A stretch of DNA of 43,063 nucleotides from an uncultured Gammaproteobacteria bacterium. Its GTDB lineage: Bacteria > Cyanobacteriota > Vampirovibrionia > Gastranaerophilales > Gastranaerophilaceae. The notes beneath the pieces were generated by a model. It did not search any database and was not told the DNA's origin. It saw only the letters and a list, made by a program, of their open reading frames with translations. Every line of letters starts with the position of its first letter. Positions within the stretch are counted from its first letter, which is position 1. The DNA is taken from contig CAYUWO010000001.1 of the NCBI GenBank assembly GCA_964448535.1, positions 1-43,063 on the forward strand. The letters are read 5' to 3'. The translations under genes were made by a program, and so were the position numbers. Positions 1 to 8,139 of the stretch are shown here, piece by piece.

Positions 1-154
1 TCGTTCGCTTTACAGGTTACGCCCCAAGGGGGCTTCACCTGTCAGAAATTTCGCTCTTGGAATTTCTTGCACTGCTTGCAGCCCTTATTTTGAGGGCATG
101 CGGGTGCGGGCAAGCCTTTTTGGCGAAGTTCCGTCAGGCGGGCGAATTTTTTAA
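1..154 (+). other. Unassigned G+C-rich, hairpin-dense segment cut by the window edge: either the 3' part of a structured RNA or the last 51 codons of a CDS (frame 2 is open from nt 2 to TAA 152-154)
   Basis: Visibly richer in G+C than its surroundings. Three clean hairpins: 12-42 (ACAGGT..GCCCC AAG GGGGC..ACCTGT), 44-67 (AGAAATT/AATTTCT) and 81-97 (GCCCT/AGGGC). An intrinsic terminator follows directly. The frame-2 peptide RSLYRLRPKGASPVRNFALGISCTACSPYFEGMRVRASLFGEVPSGGRIF matches nothing I recognise. Confidence 0.3.
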
Positions 155-187
155 AAAAAAATCGGGGTTTAATTTCCCGATTTTTTA
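153..187. terminator. Bidirectional intrinsic terminator
   Basis: Stem ATCGGGG (161-167) pairs with TCCCGAT (175-181) around a 7-nt loop. A8 lies upstream (153-160) and a T-run downstream (181-186). It sits between the left-edge element (+) and the small minus-strand ORF. Confidence 0.7.
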
Positions 188-208
188 AAATTTATTCAAT
201 AAAGCTTT

Positions 209-370
209 TTACATAAGCCCTAAGACTTTTTTATACCAGCTAAATGTTTCTAATTCAACGCCGTTAAACGTTGTTTTTAAACATTGTTGCTTTAAGTAGC
301 TTTGAAATTCATCGTTAAATTTTGATTTCACGGGTGACTTCACTTGTAATTTTTCTGCCAATGCGACCAT
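209..370 (-). CDS. Small hypothetical protein, 53 aa (MVALAEKLQVKSPVKSKFNDEFQSYLKQQCLKTTFNGVELETFSWYKKVLGLM)
   Basis: Hand translation; the ORF is below the length cut-off of the ORF track. The ATG is preceded by AAAGGGAGG with 5-nt spacing. The stop lies about 20 nt before the bidirectional terminator. Confidence 0.5.
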   Translation of the reverse strand: MVALAEKLQVKSPVKSKFNDEFQSYLKQQCLKTTFNGVELETFSWYKKVLGLM

Positions 371-567
371 TAATGCCTCCCTTTCTTTTACAACAGCATT
401 TTTTTGACCTTAACTAACAACACCTTGCGGTTACAAATTATTAAATCACGTAAATATTTTTTTTTGCTCTATAAAATCATAATTTTTTGTAAATTTTTGT
501 AAATACCGCCTCTTATCATAAATAGTATAGTTTTTTTAGCCTTTATAATATTTTTAAGGAAGTAAAA

Positions 568-1119
568 ATGAATCTTTTTGATACAAAATTTTTGTCGCTA
601 AGAGCGGTTAAAAGAGAAGGAAAGCCCGATTGGGTATATGTCCACAGACCAAACGCCAAAAACGGAGTTGTAATTATTCCCGTTATAAAGGAAAAAAACA
701 AAGAAGAATCTGTCCTTTTTTTAATTACAAAAAGACCGCCTCTTATTGCCGAAAACAAGGCGGAATTTTGTGTGGAGCTGCCGGCGGGGCTTGTAGGAGA
801 TGAAAACGAAAAAGAAAGCGTTGAGGAAGCTGTTAAAAAAGAGCTGTTTGAAGAAACAGGGCTTGTGTCGTCCGATATTAAAATTTGTGCTGAAAATGTT
901 TCAAGCTCTGCCGGACTTACAAGCGAAACTTTTGTTATAGCAAAAGTCTTAATAACAGATTCCCTTGTTAAGCAAACGCCGATTGACGATGGGGGAGTTA
1001 TAATAAAAAGAATCCGTGTCCGAAAAAGTGAAATTGAAAAATTTTTGACAGAATCCGAAAAACAAGGCTGTTCCATAAGTTCTCAGGCGCTTGCCGCGCT
1101 TTTTTACTTAAAATTTTAA
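568..1119 (+). CDS. Nudix hydrolase (ADP-ribose pyrophosphatase-like)
   Basis: Nudix-box-like segment LPAGLVGDENEKESVEEAVKKELFEETGL. SD TAAGGAAG lies upstream of the ATG. Confidence 0.8.
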   Translation: MNLFDTKFLSLRAVKREGKPDWVYVHRPNAKNGVVIIPVIKEKNKEESVLFLITKRPPLIAENKAEFCVELPAGLVGDENEKESVEEAVKKELFEETGLVSSDIKICAENVSSSAGLTSETFVIAKVLITDSLVKQTPIDDGGVIIKRIRVRKSEIEKFLTESEKQGCSISSQALAALFYLKF

Positions 1120-1129
1120 GGGTAATTAT

Positions 1130-2929
1130 ATGAAACTTGAATTATCATCGGCTAAAACCGCATTCGACTATAAATTTTTAATGACGAGGCTTTTTCCATA
1201 CTTAAAGCCCCATTTGTTCAGAATTTTTGTAACTTTTTTTCTTGCCGTTCCTTTGGGGCTTTTAGACGGCGCTACTGCTTTTGCCTTAAAACCTTACATT
1301 GACGTTGTTGTTAACGGAAACACTATAGTATGTAAGGGTTTTGAACTTACAAGAGATATTCTTGTTAATTTTATTCCTTTTTTAATTGTTGCTTTTGCTA
1401 CCGTGCAAGGTTTTTTAAGGTATTTAAACTCTTATCTTACAGACTGGTTGAGCAACAAAATTTCAAACTCTGTTAAAATTGACCTTTTTAAAAAGTTAAT
1501 TAAAATGGATTCCAAATTTTTTGACGAAAATTCTTCGGGAATTATACTCTCAAGGTTTTTAAACGATCCCGACACGGCGTCAAGAACAATAGTAGATTCC
1601 ATTAAACAAATTATAACCTGCCTAACCGAAGCAATCGGGCTCATATCTGTTTTAATATGGGCTTCATGGAAGCTTGCGCTTGTCGGGGTTGTAGTTTTAA
1701 CCATTGCGTTTCTGCCTCTTGTCTTTATCAGAAAAAAAATTAAACAAGTTTCAAATGATACGGCAGTTTTAAGCGGCGGAATCACAACAAACTTTAATGA
1801 AACTTACGGCGGAAATAAAATTATGTCAGGGTATTGCCTTCAGGGCATGCTTTTTAATAAATTTCAACATCAGATAAGAAAATACTTCGACCTTACAATT
1901 TCCCTGTCAAAAAGGGTCGGTTGGATGAGCCCCATTATGTATTTTATTGCAAGCATAGGGATTGCAATCGTCATGTTTTATGGAAATTCTCTCATTATAA
2001 AAGGAGAAATGACAACAGGGAGTTTTGCAAGTTTTATTACCTCGCTTTTATTATTGTATAAGCCTGTAAAAGCGCTCGGAAACACCTTAACAAATTTACA
2101 GAATGTTTTTGTCGCCTCCTCAAGAGTGTTTGAACTTTTTGATTTAATTCCGGAAATTACTGACGGCAATAAAGAATTAATTAAAATTGAAGATAAAATT
2201 TCCTTTAACAATGTATGTTTTGAATATGTCGAAGGCGAGCCGGTTTTAAAAAACATTAATTTTGAAGTTAAAAAAGGTCAAACTGTTGCTCTTGTCGGCA
2301 ATTCGGGAGGAGGAAAGTCAACCATTGCAAATTTAATCCCCAGGTTTTATGACCCCAAAACCGGTTCTGTTACCATTGATAATACCGATATAAGAGATTT
2401 TTCACTTTCTTCTTTAAGGCAAAATATAGCGGAAGTTTTTCAAGATAATTTTCTTTTTTCGGGCACTATAAAAGAAAATATTATCATGGGTAATTTTAAG
2501 GCAAGTGAAACAGAGGTTCAAAATGCTGCTAAATTGGCGCATGTGGATGATTTTGCGGCTAATCTTGATAATGGGCTTGATACTGTCATAGGAGAAAGAG
2601 GCGCAACTTTATCGGGCGGTCAAAAACAAAGAGTGGCAATTGCAAGAGCCATTTTAAAAGATGCGCCCGTTGTTATTTTGGATGAAGCAACATCTGCCCT
2701 TGATAACAAATCAGAGGCGGTCGTACAAAAGGCGCTTGAAAATTTAATGAAAAATAAAACGGTTTTTATTATAGCTCACAGATTATCCACAATTAAAAAT
2801 GCAGATAGAATAATAGTTATAAACGACGGATATCTTGTTGAAGAAGGAAGCCATGAAGAACTTTTGCAAATTGAAAACGGACAGTATAAGGCATTATATG
2901 ATATGCAGTTTAAAGACGTCCAAAGTTAA
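1130..2929 (+). CDS. ABC exporter, fused permease/ATPase (MsbA/lipid A export-like)
   Basis: N-terminal six-helix hydrophobic half. Walker A GNSGGGKST, signature LSGGQKQRVAIARA, Walker B VVILDEATSALD, H-loop IIAHRLST. Confidence 0.9.
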   Translation: MKLELSSAKTAFDYKFLMTRLFPYLKPHLFRIFVTFFLAVPLGLLDGATAFALKPYIDVVVNGNTIVCKGFELTRDILVNFIPFLIVAFATVQGFLRYLNSYLTDWLSNKISNSVKIDLFKKLIKMDSKFFDENSSGIILSRFLNDPDTASRTIVDSIKQIITCLTEAIGLISVLIWASWKLALVGVVVLTIAFLPLVFIRKKIKQVSNDTAVLSGGITTNFNETYGGNKIMSGYCLQGMLFNKFQHQIRKYFDLTISLSKRVGWMSPIMYFIASIGIAIVMFYGNSLIIKGEMTTGSFASFITSLLLLYKPVKALGNTLTNLQNVFVASSRVFELFDLIPEITDGNKELIKIEDKISFNNVCFEYVEGEPVLKNINFEVKKGQTVALVGNSGGGKSTIANLIPRFYDPKTGSVTIDNTDIRDFSLSSLRQNIAEVFQDNFLFSGTIKENIIMGNFKASETEVQNAAKLAHVDDFAANLDNGLDTVIGERGATLSGGQKQRVAIARAILKDAPVVILDEATSALDNKSEAVVQKALENLMKNKTVFIIAHRLSTIKNADRIIVINDGYLVEEGSHEELLQIENGQYKALYDMQFKDVQS

Positions 2930-2989
2930 AAGATAAAGCGCAGTTGATGTAAATTAATTTTTATTATAATATTAATTTTAAGGGAAGTC

Positions 2990-3072
2990 GGGCAGGTGGC
3001 GAAATGGTAGACGCACCGGTTTCAGGAGCCGGCGCAATAAAATGCGTGGGGGTTCAAATCCCCTCCTGCCCA
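2990..3072 (+). tRNA. tRNA-Leu (anticodon CAG)
   Basis: Cloverleaf folded by hand. Acceptor GGGCAGG/CCTGCCC, D arm GCG-AAATGGTAGA-CGC, anticodon stem CCGGT/GCCGG with loop TTCAGGA. Long variable arm, T arm GGGGG-TTCAAAT-CCCCT, discriminator A. CCA is not encoded. Confidence 0.9.
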
Positions 3073-3130
3073 GACCTTTCATTAGGTTTCCCCGTTTGAA
3101 CCCCCAAAGTTTGCCGTATTGGCGTTTAAA

Positions 3131-3733
3131 TTAATGTTTTTTTCTTTTTATTGAAAGATAGTCTTTAATTTTTTTTGAATCTTTAATCCAAAAATCAAAA
3201 TCAATAATTGGCGGTTCAAAATATGCTATATTTTCATAATTTTTAAAAAGCAGATAAAGTTTTTGATAAAACATTTTTATAAAATTTCTTTTATTAATTA
3301 TAACATCAATATTTATCTCGCTTTCAGACAAAGAATATCTTAAAATTTTTTCTGATAAAACTTTTTTATGAAGCTCACGGGTGTTCATAACAACAAACCT
3401 GATATTAAACTTCCCGACAGGGCAGCAATAAATTATAACTTCAACCCCGTTATGAAAAATGTTTAAAACAAGGGTTTCTTTTGTGTCGGTTAACTGTTCT
3501 AAAAATCGCCAAAAATCATTTATGCTCTCAGTTCCTTTGTAAAAAGAAATTTTAAATTCCGTATCTTTTGTTTTTATATAAAAAACAAATTCTCCAAGGT
3601 CAAAGTCAAAAGTAATATTTTCAATTTTTATTTCTTTTATATTTTTGGGCTTTGTGCAATTTAGCGCATCTAAATATTCTTCTTCAAGACAATCTTTACT
3701 TAATAAATAAGTATACCCCCTTCCGTTATACAT
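3131..3733 (-). CDS. Hypothetical protein, 200 aa, no family recognised
   Basis: Long ORF with SD AAGGA 6 nt upstream of the ATG. It is K/I/F/E-rich and has no signal peptide or motif I can name. Confidence 0.6.
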   Translation of the reverse strand: MYNGRGYTYLLSKDCLEEEYLDALNCTKPKNIKEIKIENITFDFDLGEFVFYIKTKDTEFKISFYKGTESINDFWRFLEQLTDTKETLVLNIFHNGVEVIIYCCPVGKFNIRFVVMNTRELHKKVLSEKILRYSLSESEINIDVIINKRNFIKMFYQKLYLLFKNYENIAYFEPPIIDFDFWIKDSKKIKDYLSIKRKKH

Positions 3734-3904
3734 TTTAATTCCTTAAAAAGTCGATTAAAAAATATTATATATCAATCTATAAAGTTTTCTCAACTTTTTA
3801 TCGTTCTATTTATTTACAATTTCATTAATTTTAATAATTTCTGCGGCTTTTTGTCCAATAAAATATAAAAAGTTTATTCTTTAATAAATCTAACCCCGTG
3901 CGTT

Positions 3905-4075
3905 TCAGACTTTTTTAATAAGTCCGCATTTTAAACATGCAAGAACTTTTTTGGTTGAATCAACGGGGACAAAAAGGTGTTCGCAATTTTGGTATTCATC
4001 TTCATTTTCGCCCGTTTTTGGTTTTGGGCGTTTTAAATCGTTATAAATTTTATAGATTAGCTCAAATATATACAT
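3905..4075 (-). CDS. Possible small ORF, 56 aa, with a CxH...CxxC arrangement (MYIFELIYKIYNDLKRPKPKTGENEDEYQNCEHLFVPVDSTKKVLACLKCGLIKKV)
   Basis: Hand translation; below the ORF-track cut-off. No convincing SD. Cys/His spacing hints at a zinc ribbon, but this is weak. Confidence 0.2.
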   Translation of the reverse strand: MYIFELIYKIYNDLKRPKPKTGENEDEYQNCEHLFVPVDSTKKVLACLKCGLIKKV

Positions 4076-4118
4076 AAAAAGAGTTCAAATTAATTATATT
4101 TCAATTATAATTGATTTT

Positions 4119-4928
4119 ATGAAAAATAAAATTGAAAAATTTATATCTTCAACCGTTGAATACCATGATATTCATAAGGCGGTGGAAATCGCAAACGATT
4201 TAGGGCTCGGGCTTGAAATCAGCAGATTTGGAAAATTAAGGGAGTTAGACGAGTGTTTTGAGGAAACCTTAAACAGATATGAGGACGCAGTTAAAGATCT
4301 AAAGGGTCCTTTAACTGTTCATGGGTTCTTTACAACCCTTTGCCCCGTGTCAAAAGACCCTTTAATTAAAGAAGTTTCAATTAAAAGATATTTTCAAAGT
4401 CTTGAAATAGCCTCAAGATTGGGCGCAAAAACGGTCGTTTTTCATACATGCTTTAATAACCTTTTAAAACAGCAGGTTTACAGAGATAATTTTTTTCATT
4501 CCAATGTCGAATTTTTTAAAAATTTTATTTTGAATTTTGAAGAAAGAAAAATTACGGCAACGATTGAAAATGTGCATGAGCCTAATTTTGACATGATAAG
4601 AAATATCATTGCCGCCATAAATTCTCCTTTTCTTAAAGCGACAATTGATATCGGACATTTAAATCTTCATTCAAAAATTCCTCAAACAGAATGGATTAAA
4701 AATTATGGAATAATGCTTCATCATATGCATTTTCACAACAATTTCGGCGATGAGGACGCCCACCAGTCATTAAAAAAAGGAACTGTCAATGTTAGAGAGG
4801 TTTTACTTACTTTAAAGGAAATGCAAATTTATCCGCAAATAACTTTTGAAATCTTTGATAAAGAAGATTTATTTGAAAGCGTTGAATATTTTAATCAATT
4901 ACAAAAAGAAACAGGATACGGAATATAA
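4119..4928 (+). CDS. Sugar phosphate isomerase/epimerase (xylose isomerase-like TIM barrel family)
   Basis: Pattern typical of the family: VVFHTCF, IENVHEP, IDIGHLNLH, HHMHFHNNFGDEDAHQSL (metal-ligand-type E/H/D positions). Confidence 0.65.
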   Translation: MKNKIEKFISSTVEYHDIHKAVEIANDLGLGLEISRFGKLRELDECFEETLNRYEDAVKDLKGPLTVHGFFTTLCPVSKDPLIKEVSIKRYFQSLEIASRLGAKTVVFHTCFNNLLKQQVYRDNFFHSNVEFFKNFILNFEERKITATIENVHEPNFDMIRNIIAAINSPFLKATIDIGHLNLHSKIPQTEWIKNYGIMLHHMHFHNNFGDEDAHQSLKKGTVNVREVLLTLKEMQIYPQITFEIFDKEDLFESVEYFNQLQKETGYGI

Positions 4929-5317
4929 AACCACGCTTTCTGTCTATCGGTGAACTAAAAACAAATCTTTTGCTTTAATATCTCCATAATTTTATCAAAC
5001 ACCCGTTAACATTTTCTTAGTGCTGCTATGTTTCCATCCTGACACGGTTCGAAACATAATCGCCGTTTAATAAAAAAATATCAATGATACCAAAGGTCAA
5101 AATCTGTTTTTAATTTTTCCTCATAACAGCCTCTACACCCTGCATAAGCTTCAGGTCAAGAGTTCGCAAAACCCCGTGGAAGCGTGGCTTTTTTATTTTA
5201 GCATAAAAAACTGATTTTTTGCAGCATTAAGTTTTTTTATAAAAAATTTAAACATTCCCTAAATCTTTTTAAACCGGTTTTGCTTTTAAAAAGAAAGCGA
5301 AATTAACAATATTTTTC

Positions 5318-5346
5318 TTGACATGACGGCGCTTAAAATGTAGAGT
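5318..5346 (+). promoter_or_regulatory. Candidate sigma-70 promoter of the glutamate synthase operon
   Basis: TTGACA (5318-5323), a 17-nt spacer, then TAGAGT (5341-5346). It lies about 45 nt upstream of the ATG at 5391, which has an AGAGG SD. Confidence 0.45.
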
Positions 5347-5390
5347 TAAAGTGTATATAGTCAACACATAGAGCAAGAGGCGGAATTTAG

Positions 5391-6500
5391 ATGTGTCGTA
5401 TTGGTGCAATTAAATCGAGCGAATATTTTCACCCGTCAAAAACACTGGAATTAATGAGGTCGCAGCAAAAGGGGCATGACAATTCGGGGTTCGCTTTTGT
5501 AATGCAGGATTTAGGGGGGATTTTTGAACCGTATAAAGACCTTCCTCTTTTATCCATGGCATGCACCGATAAGGGAATAAGAATTGCTGAAGATATTCTT
5601 CATTCAATCGGGTTTACAAGGCTTTTGCAATGGACGCCCGATATAAATAAAAACGCAAAAGGGCTTCAAATTTCCCCCATGCCAAATTATGTTTTTGAAG
5701 TTTTTAATTATCCGAAACTTTATAAATACGCAACAAAAGAAGAAAAAGAAGAACTTCTTGTCGATACAAGGCTTCAGTTAAGAAAAGCCCTTGAAGTTGA
5801 AGATGAAGGGTATGTTTATTCGTTTTGGCATGATGTTTTGATGTTAAAAGAAATTGGAAACCCCAAAGATATAGGGACATATTTCGGGCTCCATAAGCCG
5901 AATAATGATTTTGTTTCAAAAATTATTACGGTTCAATGCCGCCAAAACACAAACTATGACATTGTAAGATATGCGGCACACCCGTTTTTCCTTCAAGGGT
6001 ACACTGCGCTTGCAAACGGTGAAAATACTTTTTATGAAAAAAACAAAAATTTCCAAAAAAACCTTCATAAAGGATATATAGGTTTTGAATCGGATTCGCA
6101 GTGTTTTTTATATACGCTTCATTATATAAATAAAATTTTAAAATGGCCTTTAAAATATTATAAACACGTAATTACGCCCTTAGAATACGACGAAATATTA
6201 AAAAGGGATGATTCAGAAATTTTGCTTCGCATAAAAGCGTCTTTGGCACATCTTGAAATTAACGGTCCAAACACTATAATAGGCGTTACTCCGGACGGCA
6301 CCCTTTTTGTTACCTGCGATTCAAAAAAGCTGCGCCCCGTTGTTGTTGGAAGAGATGACAAAACCGTTATTATTACAAGCGAAGTTACGGGCATAAACGA
6401 GCTTTTGCCAAAAAGAAATATTGAAACCGACATCTACCCGAACGAAAGAGAAATGGTTGTCGTATATGACGATTTGAGGATACAAAGATGGGCACAGTAG
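5391..6500 (+). CDS. Glutamate synthase, stand-alone class II (Ntn) glutamine amidotransferase subunit
   Basis: N-terminus MCRIGAIKS has the catalytic Cys directly after the Met. Size is about 370 aa. It overlaps the next GOGAT gene by 13 nt. Confidence 0.8.
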   Translation: MCRIGAIKSSEYFHPSKTLELMRSQQKGHDNSGFAFVMQDLGGIFEPYKDLPLLSMACTDKGIRIAEDILHSIGFTRLLQWTPDINKNAKGLQISPMPNYVFEVFNYPKLYKYATKEEKEELLVDTRLQLRKALEVEDEGYVYSFWHDVLMLKEIGNPKDIGTYFGLHKPNNDFVSKIITVQCRQNTNYDIVRYAAHPFFLQGYTALANGENTFYEKNKNFQKNLHKGYIGFESDSQCFLYTLHYINKILKWPLKYYKHVITPLEYDEILKRDDSEILLRIKASLAHLEINGPNTIIGVTPDGTLFVTCDSKKLRPVVVGRDDKTVIITSEVTGINELLPKRNIETDIYPNEREMVVVYDDLRIQRWAQ

Positions 6501-8131
6501 AAATTACGGGGATTGATAAACAGGATTTAGTCTGGCAAATTGAACATGACAGAGAAAAATGCACCCTTTGCGGGAAATGCGTTGCTGTTTGCACATTTGG
6601 CGCCATAAAAGCCGATGTTCAAAAAAGAAGGAAAGTGATTTCAAAAGGAAATCTGCCGACCCCCGAAACTGAGCAAATTTCGGTTCCCGTTATAAAACAG
6701 GTTGTTACAAAGTCTAAAAACTGTGTCGGCTGCACAATGTGCGCTAAAGTTTGTCCGAATGAAGCAATTAAGCCCGTTTATAACGACAGAAACAGAATGA
6801 ATGTTAAATACAGGGCGCAAAATGCCGAATCTCCAAAAAGAGGCGGAAGAACAAACCTTCATACCGAAGGAAGAACTTTAGACAAAATCAAAGTGGGAAG
6901 AATTTCTCAAATGACAGACCCCTCGCTTGATGCAATGCGTCATACATTTGAGCTTTTGGCGCCGTTCGGAAGGGTTATGCCCCCCGAAAATCTTCCTTTT
7001 TTAACGGATGAATCGGGAAACCTCGTTATGAATAAAAAAATTCCGACAACAAGGTGGATTTATCCTGTAATAATTGGCGATATGTCAATCGGGGCGCTTT
7101 CTCCAAGGTTATGGGAAGCTATTTCAATTGCGGTTGCTTATCTAAATGAAGTTTACAATATACCAATCAGAATGTGTTCGGGCGAAGGGGGAATGCCCGA
7201 AAAGCTTTTAAGGTCAAAATATATTAAATATATGATTCTTCAAATCGCATCAGGGCATTTTGGATGGAACAGAATTATAAATTCCATGCCTTATATGACA
7301 GAAGATCCGGCAGGAATTTTAATTAAAATCGGACAGGGCGCAAAACCGGGCGACGGAGGATTATTGCTTTCAAAAAAAGTTGCAAAACACATTCAGGAAA
7401 TAAGAGGGGTTCCAAAATCAGACCTCTTATCTCCTCCGAATCATCAGGGGCTTTATTCGATTGAAGAGTCGGTTCAAAAAATGTTTCTTTCAATGAATGC
7501 GGCATTTAAATTCAGAGTGCCCGTTGCAATTAAAGTTGCGGCTTCTGTTACTTCCGTTTCAGTTTATAATAACCTTCTTCGCGACCCCTATGATATCGTA
7601 GGCGGCTTTTTCTTAGACGGTATTGCCGGCGGCACGGGGGCTGCGCATGAAACTTCTTTAGACCATACGGGACATCCGATTGTTTCAAGGCTTAGAGATT
7701 GTTATCTTGCGGCGGTTCATCAGGGCAAACAAGGCCAAATCCCTCTTTGGGCGGCAGGCGGGCTTGGCATGAGAGGAACTCTTGCAGCAGACGCATTTAA
7801 GATGATTTGCCTCGGCGCAAACGGCGTATTTACGGGACGTTTGATTTTACAAATTGCAGGCTGCCTCGGAGATGATTTCGGAAGATGTAACGCTTGCAAT
7901 ACGGGGCTTTGCCCCGCAGGGCTCACAACTCAAAATCCTATTTTAATGAAAAGGCTCGATATAGATAAAGTTGCGCAAAATATTGTAAATTATTTTCTTG
8001 CAACGGATGTAGAGCTTAAAAAACTCATGGCTCCGATTGGAAACTCAAGCCTTCCGGTTGGACGTTCGGATGCGCTTGTTACCGTTGATAAAAACGTATC
8101 TGAAAGATTAGGTATTCAACATGTTTGTTAG
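6488..8131 (+). CDS. Glutamate synthase FMN/synthase-domain subunit with an N-terminal 2x[4Fe-4S] ferredoxin module
   Basis: CTLCGKCVAVC and CVGCTMCAKVC (CxxCxxCxxxC twice). Then GltB central-domain motifs: MCSGEGGMPE, IKIGQGAKPGDGGLL, LSPPNHQG and a C-terminal Cys cluster. Confidence 0.85.
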   Translation: MGTVEITGIDKQDLVWQIEHDREKCTLCGKCVAVCTFGAIKADVQKRRKVISKGNLPTPETEQISVPVIKQVVTKSKNCVGCTMCAKVCPNEAIKPVYNDRNRMNVKYRAQNAESPKRGGRTNLHTEGRTLDKIKVGRISQMTDPSLDAMRHTFELLAPFGRVMPPENLPFLTDESGNLVMNKKIPTTRWIYPVIIGDMSIGALSPRLWEAISIAVAYLNEVYNIPIRMCSGEGGMPEKLLRSKYIKYMILQIASGHFGWNRIINSMPYMTEDPAGILIKIGQGAKPGDGGLLLSKKVAKHIQEIRGVPKSDLLSPPNHQGLYSIEESVQKMFLSMNAAFKFRVPVAIKVAASVTSVSVYNNLLRDPYDIVGGFFLDGIAGGTGAAHETSLDHTGHPIVSRLRDCYLAAVHQGKQGQIPLWAAGGLGMRGTLAADAFKMICLGANGVFTGRLILQIAGCLGDDFGRCNACNTGLCPAGLTTQNPILMKRLDIDKVAQNIVNYFLATDVELKKLMAPIGNSSLPVGRSDALVTVDKNVSERLGIQHVC

Positions 8132-8139
8132 GATAAATT

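Noticed and set aside
543-1076. Long antisense ORFs listed in the track opposite well-supported genes (for example 543..1076, 1432..1785, 6158..6433, 12782..13048, 22232..22558, 24459..24755, 41030..41338)
   Set aside because: Each lies entirely inside a gene with clear family motifs on the other strand. They have S/F/L/I-rich compositions typical of the antisense frame of AT-rich genes, and no SD.
3049-3106. 11-nt inverted copy of the tRNA-Leu T-arm as an att site
   Set aside because: It is too short and in inverted rather than direct orientation, with no integrase nearby. It is mentioned only as context in the islet finding.
5195-5390. Glutamine riboswitch or NtcA site (GTA-N8-TAC) upstream of the glutamate synthase genes
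   Set aside because: The conserved glutamine-riboswitch core as I remember it is absent. The nearest NtcA-like string is TGTA-N8-ACAC at about 5353-5368, which lacks the TAC half-site.
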